A program made the translations under genes and the position numbers. The notes under the pieces were generated by a model. That model was not told the DNA's origin. It searched no databases and saw nothing but the letters and a program-made list of their open reading frames with translations. Shown in pieces: positions 18,719-27,775 of a stretch of 41,008 nt of DNA (its first letter is position 1; each line of letters opens with the position of its first letter). The stretch covers positions 1 through 41,008 of the forward strand of contig JALHPA010000001.1 in assembly GCA_022842745.1 (NCBI GenBank), given 5' to 3'. This stretch comes from Pirellulales bacterium (GTDB lineage: Bacteria > Planctomycetota > Planctomycetia > Pirellulales > JALHPA01).

Positions 18719-18946
18719 CTACGGCAGCTCCTTCGAACCGACAATGGTCAGGTTCAGCCCAATCTGGACGCTGACCGGCTTATCTCCCACTTTGATCGTC
18801 GTCTTGCCGTTCAAGTACCACCCCAGCGATCCCGTCGAAAACTCTTTTACGTCCGCTAACAACGTCGATCCGGCGATCGAAATCTCGACCGGATGCGCGT
18901 GGTTGCGAAAATCATCTCGTGATATCGGACAATTCGTCTTGGCCAA
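18719..18946 (-). CDS. small conserved-looking protein of unknown function (75 aa)
   Basis: MAKTNCPISRDDFRNHAHPVEISIAGSTLLADVKEFSTGSLGWYLNGKTTIKVGDKPVSVQIGLNLTIVGSKELP. It is beta-strand-rich with balanced composition and starts 30 bp after the upstream isomerase gene on the same strand. I cannot name the family. Confidence 0.6.
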   Translation of the reverse strand: MAKTNCPISRDDFRNHAHPVEISIAGSTLLADVKEFSTGSLGWYLNGKTTIKVGDKPVSVQIGLNLTIVGSKELP

Positions 18947-18976
18947 GAATCTCCTCCTTCGGGCGGAACTGAGTAA

Positions 18977-19867
18977 TTACCGCTGGCCCGCTAATGCACG
19001 CGCAGGCATCGCACCCACGCCAGCCAGCTTCCAAGCTGAGCTTAACCGTTCTCCCGCCAGTTTGACCAGCGGCTCGCGCCCCAGACTTTGGGTCGCGCTC
19101 CGATCTGCCGCGACTGCCACCGGACCGTGGTAACCACGATCCGCCAATCGCCGCAGGCAGTCGCATTCGTCGATGACTCCCGTTTCACCGATCAGCAGTC
19201 GCTGCGAAGGTGAGAGACCATTTGCCGGTGATTCCAGAGGCGCGTCGGAAAGCGTTACGGATATCCAGCGAGACGGCGGCAGCTTTCTTAAGTCGTCCAG
19301 AGAATTACCCGCCACGTGCATTTGCCAGAAATCCAGGGCCACGCCGATTTGGTCGGAGGCCACCATTCCGACCAGAAGCGCAAGTGCATCGAGCGAATGC
19401 AAAAACTCCAACCCGCCCCCCGCTCGCTCCTCGGCAATTGCGGAAAACTCCAACCCGACCTTGATCCCAAAGGGCTTGAGCATCGAGCCCAATTGGTCCA
19501 GTCGTCGACGGTGCAACTCAAAATTGGCATGGTAGGGAAGCCGGTCGCTGGTTGGTGAGACCCGCAGCAACGCTCTTTCGGCGCCGATTTCGCCAGCGAG
19601 TTTGGCTAGCTCGCTCGCTCGGGCCAATCCAGCATCGAACGATTCATCCTCGGCCGCCAACTCAAGGCGGAGCCGCCAGGTTCCAATCTTGAGCCGTGAG
19701 CTCTCGATCAGCCGCCGGGACAGCGGCAGCCCGTGCCGCGCGACTTGGGCCTGAAATTCGACCAAATCAAGACTGAGTCCCTGAAAACCGAATGACAGGG
19801 CCAGCTCGATTTGTTCGCTGAGCCGCCCAGCAATACCGAGACCGTCGCCGCTGAGATTGCGAAACAT
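18977..19867 (-). CDS. sugar phosphate isomerase/epimerase (xylose-isomerase-like TIM barrel)
   Basis: 296-aa ORF with an alternating beta/alpha pattern and typical blocks (LALSFGFQGLSLDL; IKVGLEF; VALDFWQMHVAG; GYHGPVAV). Confidence 0.55.
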   Translation of the reverse strand: MFRNLSGDGLGIAGRLSEQIELALSFGFQGLSLDLVEFQAQVARHGLPLSRRLIESSRLKIGTWRLRLELAAEDESFDAGLARASELAKLAGEIGAERALLRVSPTSDRLPYHANFELHRRRLDQLGSMLKPFGIKVGLEFSAIAEERAGGGLEFLHSLDALALLVGMVASDQIGVALDFWQMHVAGNSLDDLRKLPPSRWISVTLSDAPLESPANGLSPSQRLLIGETGVIDECDCLRRLADRGYHGPVAVAADRSATQSLGREPLVKLAGERLSSAWKLAGVGAMPARALAGQR

Positions 19868-20080
19868 GCTGCGCCTTTGGCCGAACCATGACTGGCCAGT
19901 CCGCGATCCTGCGGATCTACCCGTTCCTCATCCGTTGCGATCAATTATCGCTATCGTCACGGATTGCGAAAGGGGGCTTCGAGGATCGTGTGCGGTCCGC
20001 TAGGGTTTGGGCATGTGGTATGTTCTCCTACTGGATTTTCCCGCACACTTGGTCTGGCCCGAGTCGATTGGAAATCGCCC

Positions 20081-20938
20081 ATGACGTTAATTCAGGCCAT
20101 CGTGCTCGGTGTCGTGCAAGGGTTGACTGAGTTTTTGCCGATTAGCAGTTCGGCGCATTTGTGGATTGTGCCGGCGATGATGCATTGGCCGGATCCCGGG
20201 GCGGCGTTTACCGCGGTGATCCAACTCGGAACGCTCGTGGCGGTATTGCTCTATTTTTGGACCGACATATGGAAAATCGGTCTCGGCACGGCGCGCGCCA
20301 CCTGGGCAGGATCGCCGTTCAGCGTGTTGGAATCGCGTTTGGGTTGGATGATTGCCTTGGCCACGCTTCCGATTGTCGTCTGCGGGCTGGCGTTTAAGTC
20401 TTACATCGAAACCACGTTGCGCCGGGGGGAAGTGGTGGCGGGAGCGATGATCGTGCTGGCGCTGTTCTTGATCGCCGCCGAATATTACGCACGCTGGCGG
20501 ACCATTCACCATCGCGAGCTCAAGGGCCTGGACCGGGTCGGCTGGCGCGATGCTTCGCTGATCGGATTGGCCCAGGCTTTGGCCTTAATCCCGGGATCGT
20601 CCCGGTCCGGAGTCACAATCACCGCTGGACTGTTTTGCGGATTGAACCGCGAAACTGCCGCCCGATTTTCGTTCTTGATGTCGATCCCCAGCGTCTTCGC
20701 GGCAGCCATCTATTCGCTCTACAAACAGCGCGCGAACCTGCTGGCATCGCAAGATGACGCGCTCCATCTGGTCGTCGCCACGGTCGTCTCCGGCGTCGTG
20801 GGCTACGCTTCGATCGCCTTTCTTTTGGGCTATTTACGGCGGCACACGACCTGGATCTTTATCGTGTACCGGCTGGCGCTGGGAGTGATCTTGCTGGCGC
20901 TTTTGAGCGCGGGATACTTGACCGCGACCGTCGATTAG
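20081..20938 (+). CDS. uppP: undecaprenyl-diphosphate phosphatase
   Basis: MTLIQAIVLGVVQGLTEFLPISSSAHL and LIPGSSRSGVTITAGL motifs, with multiple TM segments. The ORF-track start 19964 adds a non-homologous Arg/Gly-rich extension. Confidence 0.9.
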   Translation: MTLIQAIVLGVVQGLTEFLPISSSAHLWIVPAMMHWPDPGAAFTAVIQLGTLVAVLLYFWTDIWKIGLGTARATWAGSPFSVLESRLGWMIALATLPIVVCGLAFKSYIETTLRRGEVVAGAMIVLALFLIAAEYYARWRTIHHRELKGLDRVGWRDASLIGLAQALALIPGSSRSGVTITAGLFCGLNRETAARFSFLMSIPSVFAAAIYSLYKQRANLLASQDDALHLVVATVVSGVVGYASIAFLLGYLRRHTTWIFIVYRLALGVILLALLSAGYLTATVD

Positions 20939-21036
20939 GCGGTTCGTGCTGGTCCATACGCCCAAACAGGGGCTTTGCCCGCGTTTCCGACGCGAATCGA
21001 ATCGGCGGACACTGGCATGGCGTTCGCGGGACGATT

Positions 21037-21091
21037 TATAATCGACTGAACGATCTCATCCGACCGAGCAACACGCTTTCGCTCGCGAAAG
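21037..21091 (+). promoter_or_regulatory. candidate -10 box plus 5'-leader hairpin overlapping the ribosome-binding site of the DUF151 gene
   Basis: TATAAT at 21037..21042. CTTTCG (21076..21081) pairs with CGAAAG (21086..21091) around loop CTCG. The 3' arm runs into the AAAGGG purine tract 8 nt before ATG 21099. Confidence 0.3.
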
Positions 21092-21098
21092 GGCGACC

Positions 21099-21503
21099 AT
21101 GCCAGTGCAAATGGAACTCTCGCGGATCATCATCAGCGAGATTAACGACCAGCAAGTCATCTACCTCAAAGAGGTCGAAGGAAACCGCACGTTTCCGATT
21201 TTGATCGGCATCTTCGAGGCGACCAGCATCGACCGGCACGTCAAACAGATTCAGACCCCCCGCCCGCTGACGCACGACCTGCTGGTCAGCGCCATTGAAA
21301 TCATGGGGGGCGAACTGCAAGACGTGGTGATCACCGAACTGCGCGATCACACCTACTTCGCCGTGCTGCGCGTTCGGCACCAGGGGGATTTGTTGGAGAT
21401 CGACTCCCGCCCTTCCGACGCCATCGCCGTCGCCGTGACCACCGATCCGCCGCTGCCGATTTACGTCTCGGAGGAAGTGCTGAACGACGTGCTGGGGGAA
21501 TGA
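21099..21503 (+). CDS. bifunctional nuclease family protein (DUF151/BFN domain)
   Basis: VIYLKEVEGNRTFPILIGIFEATSI...QTPRPLTHDLL...ELRDHTYFAVL...IDSRPSDAIAVAV matches the DUF151 pattern. Confidence 0.8.
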   Translation: MPVQMELSRIIISEINDQQVIYLKEVEGNRTFPILIGIFEATSIDRHVKQIQTPRPLTHDLLVSAIEIMGGELQDVVITELRDHTYFAVLRVRHQGDLLEIDSRPSDAIAVAVTTDPPLPIYVSEEVLNDVLGE

Positions 21504-21566
21504 TCGGCGTGTGGAAGATGTTGCCCCGGACCCTCAGTAGTTCGCCGGCTCAAAGTGAACCACTGC

Positions 21567-21959
21567 CTATTTTCCCACATACGGGGGCGGCCTCTTGGGC
21601 GCTGGCGATGGCTTCTGGTCGTGGAGCACTTTCGTTACCCGACCGTCCCTAAAGTAAACAACCGTGCTGCGGGCAGGCGAAATTTCTAATTCGCCGGATC
21701 CAAACTCGATGTACTCACCCTGCCAACCAGTGCCTTCCTTGCGAATTCCCGCCATAAGCCGGATTACCTGGCCGCGCGGCATTCCCACCTCAATTGCCTT
21801 GGGATTCGCTATCCGGACCGGGACCTCTTCGACCATCTGGTTCACCTTCCATACCGCCAGCAACGACGCCACCAGCGCCGTGAGCAACAGCAGTAACAAC
21901 AGCGAGAAAGTAAACGGCGGCTGAGCGCGCGGTGCGCTGTCCATCGTCTCTGGCGTCAT
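21567..21959 (-). CDS. single-pass membrane protein with a BamE/SmpA-like C-terminal domain
   Basis: TM helix FTFSLLLLLLLTALVASLLAVW, then IEVGMPRGQVIRLMAGIRKEGTGWQGEYIEFG...VVYFRDGRVTKV, which resembles the SmpA/OmlA fold signature. I use ATG 21959 to avoid a 44-bp overlap with the upstream gene. The ORF track extends to 22064. Confidence 0.5.
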   Translation of the reverse strand: MTPETMDSAPRAQPPFTFSLLLLLLLTALVASLLAVWKVNQMVEEVPVRIANPKAIEVGMPRGQVIRLMAGIRKEGTGWQGEYIEFGSGELEISPARSTVVYFRDGRVTKVLHDQKPSPAPKRPPPYVGK

Positions 21960-22020
21960 CGGGTTGGAGTCTCTCACCGGATGGAGTTCCTGAAACTCGT
22001 CTGGAGTCCTCAATTCCAGC

Positions 22021-22704
22021 TTAACCACCCAACCGGACGTGGTGGACATAGGCGGGGGGCACATTCAGCCAAATCGAGTCGCACTTCAACTCGCGACCCG
22101 AGAGAAATTCTTCCAGCAGTCGCCCGATTCCACGCAGCCGCTCGCGATCGGCCGCTGGCGAGAGGGCCGCCTTGGCGCGGCGGATCGCAATGTACTCAAA
22201 GAAGGACAGCACTCCCCCTGGCTTCATCAGCCGCTCAAACGCGCCCAGAAGTTGCCGCACGTCCTCCAGGGTGAAGTTGTTCAACGGCAAACCCGAAACG
22301 ATAAAGTCGTACCGCGTTTCCGCAGGCAGGTTCTCCAACCGATCGTGGACGATCTGGCAACGGTCGGCCGCTCGCTGAAACTCGGCCTCTCGTTCGAATC
22401 GCTCCTTTAAGTAACGCACAAACTCCTCGTTCAGCTCCACCAGGCATAAGCGGTCACATCCGCGCAGGCGACGCACGATCTCGGCGGTGGCGGGGCCAGT
22501 GCCGGGACCGACCTCCAGAATCTGGCAGGGTCCCATTGACGGTGTACCGTTTGCGCTGGCCCCCGCGTGTTTCGCTGGCCCATCGGCGTCCGTGGGTAAG
22601 TAGCGACAGAGCGCACGGGCCAAATGCCGTCCGCTGGGCAGTATCGCGCCAGTCGTATGGTAACGCCGCAGGAACTGTGAAAAGAACAGCCGATAGCCGG
22701 TCAT
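22021..22704 (-). CDS. class I SAM-dependent methyltransferase (COG3963 phospholipid N-methyltransferase-like N-terminus)
   Basis: FLRRYHTTGAILPSGRHLARAL N-terminal block, motif I ILEVGPGTGPAT, post-I LCLVELNEEF, later DFIVSGLPLNNF and MKPGGVLSFFEY. Confidence 0.75.
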   Translation of the reverse strand: MTGYRLFFSQFLRRYHTTGAILPSGRHLARALCRYLPTDADGPAKHAGASANGTPSMGPCQILEVGPGTGPATAEIVRRLRGCDRLCLVELNEEFVRYLKERFEREAEFQRAADRCQIVHDRLENLPAETRYDFIVSGLPLNNFTLEDVRQLLGAFERLMKPGGVLSFFEYIAIRRAKAALSPAADRERLRGIGRLLEEFLSGRELKCDSIWLNVPPAYVHHVRLGG

Positions 22705-22867
22705 GAAATGCTTCTTGAGCGCGACGGTGACACGACGACGCGGACGATTGTCCGTTAGACGGCAAGGACCGTCATGCGTGTCGCGTTGCCTGGGCGCCGT
22801 CCGTGGACGATCTTAGTCCACGCGCCGTCCGGGGATCAATCGCACCCACGACGGGGACGCGCAAGAC

Positions 22868-24070
22868 TTATTTCTTGCCGCCAAAGAAGGGAATCCACCC
22901 CTTGAAGCCGGCTTTTGAGCCGTCGGGTTCATCGGTGGGCTTCCCGATTTCGCAGAGAGTTTCCGTCAATTGCACGATCGATTGGGTCACCGCGGCTTTC
23001 GGCGCCTGCTCGATCAATGGCACGCCGTTGTTGCGGACCTCGACCATGGTGCGGTAATCGTTGGGAATCTGCCAGAAGATCTCCCGCCCCATCGTCTCCT
23101 GGGCTTTTTTCAGGCCGATCTGGCCGGTATCCAAACCGGCGCGGTTGACGACGATCCGGACCTTGTCTTTCACGCCCGCCTCGCCGAACGACATCATCAG
23201 CCGCACGACGTTTCGCAGGCACGGCAGATCGAGCTGCGTCACCAAAAGAATGTGGGTGGCGGCCTGCAGAGCGACCATGTCGACTGGGCTGTACGACTTG
23301 GAAAGATCAAGTATTACGTGCGAGAAGGTCGCCTTCAGCAGCCCAAACACGCGTTGCACATCATCTGGAGTGATGTGCTTGGCGTCCTCGAGTTGCACCG
23401 GGCGGGGAAGCAGGAACAGTCCGCTAGCGTGCTTCGTCAGCGACCGTTTGAGCAGGGCGAAGTCGAGCCGGGTGACGTTCTGGGCCACATCGACCAGCGT
23501 GTAGTCGGGAATCGTGTCGAGAAATACGTCGGCGTCCCCTAAGCTCAGATCCAGGTCGACCAGGGCGACGGAGAGCTTGGGATCCTGGGCCAGGATGCAA
23601 CCCAGGTTTACCGCGAGGCTGGTCGTCCCGACCCCGCCCGTGGCGCCGACGACAGCAATGACCATGCTCCCCGCTTTGCGAGAGTCGCCCCTCCCACGCC
23701 GGTCGGCCAGCCGATCGAGAGCGGATACCAGATCGTCGATCCGCACCGGCTTGGGGAGAAACTCCTTGGCGCCGGCGCGCATGGCGCGAAGGATCAGCGT
23801 CCCGTCGGTCGAGCCGCTCACGACCAGGATGCTGCATGCGGGAGAGTTGGTCGCAAGCTGCTCGACGAGCTTTAAGGCTTTGTCCGGATCGGAATCGAGC
23901 GACACCAGGCCAATGTCGGGATTGGTCTGAGCCACGACATCAGCAAAGAACTCGTAGCGGGAGCACTCCGCCTCCAACCAGACCATGTCCAGACCCAAGA
24001 GCGTTGTCTTGAGTCCATCCCGAGCGGAATCGCTCGGATCGACGATGGCGATGCGGAGTACGTTGGTCAT
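22868..24070 (-). CDS. cpaE: CpaE/TadZ-type pilus assembly protein (receiver-like N-domain plus MinD/ParA-like domain)
   Basis: N-terminal CheY-like fold (RIAIVDPSD...LVSLDSD...FLPKP), then VIAVVGATGGVGTTSLAVNLG, LVDLDL..GD and ILLVTQLDLPCLRN, typical of TadZ/CpaE. Confidence 0.85.
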   Translation of the reverse strand: MTNVLRIAIVDPSDSARDGLKTTLLGLDMVWLEAECSRYEFFADVVAQTNPDIGLVSLDSDPDKALKLVEQLATNSPACSILVVSGSTDGTLILRAMRAGAKEFLPKPVRIDDLVSALDRLADRRGRGDSRKAGSMVIAVVGATGGVGTTSLAVNLGCILAQDPKLSVALVDLDLSLGDADVFLDTIPDYTLVDVAQNVTRLDFALLKRSLTKHASGLFLLPRPVQLEDAKHITPDDVQRVFGLLKATFSHVILDLSKSYSPVDMVALQAATHILLVTQLDLPCLRNVVRLMMSFGEAGVKDKVRIVVNRAGLDTGQIGLKKAQETMGREIFWQIPNDYRTMVEVRNNGVPLIEQAPKAAVTQSIVQLTETLCEIGKPTDEPDGSKAGFKGWIPFFGGKK

Positions 24071-24218
24071 TGCGGGGCGGCGGACGTTGGGTGTGTGCTA
24101 AGTCGGAAGCGCCGCGGGATGGTTCATCTTCTTCGCCGGCGCCTTTCCCCCGCGCGGCCTGCCCGCCGAAACCTCGTCCAAGTCTAGGTTTCAGGCCGCG
24201 CGAATGCTTGGCTCCTCG

Positions 24219-26147
24219 TTATTTAACGTCATATCCAACCGGTCCGATGAAGCCTGGATTACTGGCGGGCTGCGGGACGCGGAGCGCCGAGCGTGGATCC
24301 TGCCGGTTGGGCGGGCTGTAGCGGCTGTTACTGGCTGGCAGCCGGACCTCGGGGGCCAACGTGACCGTCTGAGGCTTGTCCTTGCGGCCGGTCGACCGGG
24401 ACGACGAGAGACGCCCCGATGGGATCGAATTGGGCAGCGGTTTCGACTTGCCGCTATCGTACGTGGCTTCCGGCGAGAGGAGCAGACGGGCGCTGCTGTC
24501 GGCGGCGCTTCCGGGCATCTGGCGAGCCGAGCGACCGGCGGCTGCGGCGGAACCAGTCACTGTGGTAGTTCGTGTCGAGCCGCCCAGCCCCTTGCGGGAA
24601 GCCGATTTGCCGCCCGGAATTTCCTCGACCTTGTTGATCTTGGCGCCTGGCGGCAATCCCATGTTTCCGTTCGGCATTTCGCCCTGCGGTCCGAATGCTC
24701 CGTTGGGACGGTACGGGCCGGCAGGAGTGTCACAGTTTCCATTTTGGCAATCGCCAGGACCGCACGGGCCGCGTGCGGGGACCTCGAGCGTGCCGCGCAT
24801 GTACAGGTCCCAATCTCCGGGGATGTCGGAAGACATGCCTGGGCCGCAAGGCGACAGCTCGCTGCAATCCACGGCTTCGATGACCTGCGGGGTCACGATG
24901 ACGAGCAATTCGACTTCGTTGATGAGTTCACGAACCTTGCGGAAGGGGACGCCGAAGTACGGCAGGTCGCTGACCCACGGAATGCCCGAGTTTTCCGACT
25001 CGACGCGTTGTTGGACCAAACCGGCGAGGGCCAGCGTCTGGCCCGGTTTCATTTCCACGCCGGTGTCGACCTCTCGGACGCGCAAACCGGGGACGGTGGT
25101 GCCGTTGATGTTGACGCTGCGAGTGTTGTCGATTTCGCTCACGCGCGGCCGCACTTCAAGACGGATGCTGCCGTTGCCGAGTACGATCGGTACGAAGTCC
25201 ACCTGGGTGCCGAACTTCTTGTATTCGATCGAGACGGTGCCCAAGCTTTGCGGAATGATGATCGGGAACTCACCGCCGGAGTTGAAGAACGCGGGACGGC
25301 CGGAAACGGTGACCAGCGTCGGTTCCGCGAGCACTTTCATCAGGTCGTTGCGGCGGAGAGCTTCGATGAATCCAAAGAACGACGTGTTATCGCCAATTAC
25401 CCCGAAACGGATCGTGTCTCCTCCCACTCCGGTCGCCGTGCCGGTGCTGGCGGCCGCCGCGTCGATCAAACCGCTGACGCTGGAGACGAAGAAGTCCGCG
25501 CCGTTGCGCGTGGACCAGTCGACGCCCAGCGTGCGAAGCTTGGTGCGGGAGACTTCCATCACCTTGACGTGCAGGCTGATCTGCTGGACGCCGCCGACGG
25601 TGATATGCGAAATGACTTTCGGATAGTAGTCCTCGGCAATGCGGATGATCTGGCTGACGTGGTCCTGCCGATCGACGAAGCCCGACAAGACGACGCTTTG
25701 AGAAAGCGCGATCACGCGAATCGATGAATGCGGGAACTCGGTTTTGATGAGCATTTGCAGCTCCCGCGAGTCGCCAAACACCATCACGTCGATCGTGTGA
25801 AACTTGTTCTGCTTGTTGCGCAGGTTGACCTGGGTCACGCCGGGTTTTTTGGCGAACACCTGGATTTCGTTGGGACCGAGCGGGGTCAGTTCGACAATGT
25901 CTTTGTTGTTCACCACCGCGAAGGGAATCTCCTGATCCAAAGTCAGGATGCGGCTGGTGTTGACCGTCATCTCCAGCCGCTCGCTGGGGGCGGTGATCTT
26001 GTGGACCAGCGGTGGGCCGTCGGGACCGACGGCCCCGTCTTGTGCGTAAAGCGGCCGACCTTGCCAACTTGTCCACACGACCAGGAAAGCCAGCAGATTC
26101 TGGCCAAGCGAACGAGCGCTAAAGCGCCCAACAGGCTGGTGAAACAT
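24219..26147 (-). CDS. cpaC: Tad secretin CpaC/RcpA with a ~218-aa low-complexity C-terminal extension
   Basis: Signal-like start MFHQPVGRFSARSLGQNLLAFLVVW. Pilus N-terminal (BON-like) block ILTLDQEIPFAVVNNKDIVELTPLGPNEIQVFAKKPGVTQVNL. Secretin core GGEFPIIIPQSLGTVSIEYKKFGTQVDFVPIVLGNGSIRLEVRPRVSEID...LLVIVTPQVI. The ORF track extends upstream to 26321. Confidence 0.85.
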   Translation of the reverse strand: MFHQPVGRFSARSLGQNLLAFLVVWTSWQGRPLYAQDGAVGPDGPPLVHKITAPSERLEMTVNTSRILTLDQEIPFAVVNNKDIVELTPLGPNEIQVFAKKPGVTQVNLRNKQNKFHTIDVMVFGDSRELQMLIKTEFPHSSIRVIALSQSVVLSGFVDRQDHVSQIIRIAEDYYPKVISHITVGGVQQISLHVKVMEVSRTKLRTLGVDWSTRNGADFFVSSVSGLIDAAAASTGTATGVGGDTIRFGVIGDNTSFFGFIEALRRNDLMKVLAEPTLVTVSGRPAFFNSGGEFPIIIPQSLGTVSIEYKKFGTQVDFVPIVLGNGSIRLEVRPRVSEIDNTRSVNINGTTVPGLRVREVDTGVEMKPGQTLALAGLVQQRVESENSGIPWVSDLPYFGVPFRKVRELINEVELLVIVTPQVIEAVDCSELSPCGPGMSSDIPGDWDLYMRGTLEVPARGPCGPGDCQNGNCDTPAGPYRPNGAFGPQGEMPNGNMGLPPGAKINKVEEIPGGKSASRKGLGGSTRTTTVTGSAAAAGRSARQMPGSAADSSARLLLSPEATYDSGKSKPLPNSIPSGRLSSSRSTGRKDKPQTVTLAPEVRLPASNSRYSPPNRQDPRSALRVPQPASNPGFIGPVGYDVK

Positions 26148-26184
26148 CCGTGTACTTCCTTGCGTAAGCGTGTCCGTACTCTCG

Positions 26185-26204
26185 CCTCTCCTCGCGGAGA
26201 GGCT
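26185..26204. other. perfect 8-bp hairpin in the cpaB-cpaC intergenic region
   Basis: GCCTCTCC-tcgc-GGAGAGGC, located ~40 nt upstream of the cpaC start on the minus strand. Function unknown. Confidence 0.5.
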
Positions 26205-26568
26205 GGCCTGTCCAATCGTCAGCCTGCGGGAGGGCAGTCCGATGGTCAGGGCGCTTGGCGTGTGCCAGGATGCTGTCACCCGCGGCAATCCAGCCCCGCG
26301 TCCCCTTGCCGGACGCGCCAAGCGCTAAACTCCGTTGTTATTCCGTTTGCGACGGCGCGCCGAAAGCTTGCCAGAACCGTCAGGCGGTTCCACCGCAGGC
26401 TCTCCTTCGGCCGTCGATTCGATTTTTCGGCATCCGCTGAGCTCATTTTTCGTTCAATTCCCCCTGCTGTGGCCAAATCGGCCTAATCCCGCCGCGGCTT
26501 GCAAGGGTTCGTCCTTGTATGCGTTTCCTGCTTTCCGCGCCGGACTCTCCGGCGGTGACGATCGTACC

Positions 26569-27675
26569 TTACAGGCGCGGCGAGTCGCCGCCATTGTCGG
26601 TGGGAGACAAGGGGTTTCCCGCGTCGGCGCTCGCAGGCAGCGTGGGTAGTGCGGGGCCAGCCGCAGGCACGCTCGGACCATTCGATCGCGACGCACCCGT
26701 ATCTTCCGACTCCCAGCGGCCGCCGGGACCAGGCTGCTTGACAAAGCGAACCTTGCGTAGAGCCGATCCTTCCATGATTTCCATCAAGAACTGCTCGGGG
26801 GGCGGCGGCAGGTCCACCATGGCCGCATGATCGGCGGGGTCCTTGGCCTCGGCTTTGGCGCCCGACAGCATGCTCAACAGTCCGCTACCCATCTTGGAGG
26901 CGCCGTTAGCCGCATCGCGGGCCTTCTCAAAGGCGTCGCGATCGAATTTTTCGGTTTGACCGAAGAGGTCTTGCGGCGAAGTGCCGTCGGTCGACTCAAC
27001 CTTGAGGTTGTCGTCCGGGCTGCGGAGCACGAGCTTCAGCTTGCCCAACTGCTCGGCGAGCGTCAGTTTTTCGGCCTGCTCGGGAGTCACCAGGAGCGAT
27101 ACCGTCTTGGCGGCGATGGATTCGCTTCCCTTGTCTTCGCTGGAGCGCCACTGGTCGTTGACCGCGAAGACCTTAATGTCTTGAAGGATGGTCATCGCGC
27201 CGGCCTGGTTGATCGTGTTGTTGAAATTGGCTTTCACGTACACGAGCACGTCCACCCGGTCTCCGGGCTGGATCAGATTACCCACGGCGCTGACCGAGTC
27301 GGCCGGAGCGGCGACGAGGCGGTATCCAGGGGGCACTTCGACGGTGGGGCGCCTGTCCTCTTCGCCCATCAACTTGGCCCTGACGATCGGTTCCCCTTCA
27401 AACATCGTGATCTTGGCCCGTTGGTTCTCGACCTCTTCGGGCTTGGTGAGAGCGCCCTTGGGGATTTTGTCCTTCGGCCACTGCTCCAGCTTAACTTTGT
27501 CAAGCTTGATTCGTTCCGTGCTGTTGATAGGTTTTAGCGCCACCAGGATGGGGGCAGTCTCGACGGCGGCCGGGGCCGGTTGCTTGTTGCGGTCGATGAC
27601 CTGGCTGATGCCGATCGACGCGACCAAGCCGCAACCCAAGGCCAAGAGCAACAGAATCAGGGATTTGGCACGCAT
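26569..27675 (-). CDS. cpaB: Flp pilus assembly protein CpaB/RcpC with a Pro/Gly/Ser-rich C-terminal extension
   Basis: N-terminal anchor MRAKSLILLLLALGCGLVASIGI, a SAF-like region, and the RcpC block VPPGYRLVAAPADSVSAVGNLIQPGDRVDVLVY. Confidence 0.85.
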   Translation of the reverse strand: MRAKSLILLLLALGCGLVASIGISQVIDRNKQPAPAAVETAPILVALKPINSTERIKLDKVKLEQWPKDKIPKGALTKPEEVENQRAKITMFEGEPIVRAKLMGEEDRRPTVEVPPGYRLVAAPADSVSAVGNLIQPGDRVDVLVYVKANFNNTINQAGAMTILQDIKVFAVNDQWRSSEDKGSESIAAKTVSLLVTPEQAEKLTLAEQLGKLKLVLRSPDDNLKVESTDGTSPQDLFGQTEKFDRDAFEKARDAANGASKMGSGLLSMLSGAKAEAKDPADHAAMVDLPPPPEQFLMEIMEGSALRKVRFVKQPGPGGRWESEDTGASRSNGPSVPAAGPALPTLPASADAGNPLSPTDNGGDSPRL

Positions 27676-27775
27676 GCAAACGCCTCACTGGGTGGTATGC
27701 GCCGTCCGGTGGCGAACAAAAATCGCGCATCCGTACGCAACCATCGGTACTTGCCCCTCCGCTTCCGCCACTCGG

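Noticed and set aside
21013-21027. Sigma54-like TGGCAT-N5-TTCGC upstream of the DUF151 gene
   Set aside because: GG and GC are correctly spaced, but the -12 element is TCGC rather than TTGC. A perfect sigma70 -10 box lies just downstream, and no enhancer-binding protein gene is nearby.
24204-25727. 507-aa and 416-aa + strand ORFs (24204..25727, 24376..25626), plus 25728..26486
   Set aside because: They are antisense to the secretin gene, with low-complexity Arg/Gly/Asp composition.
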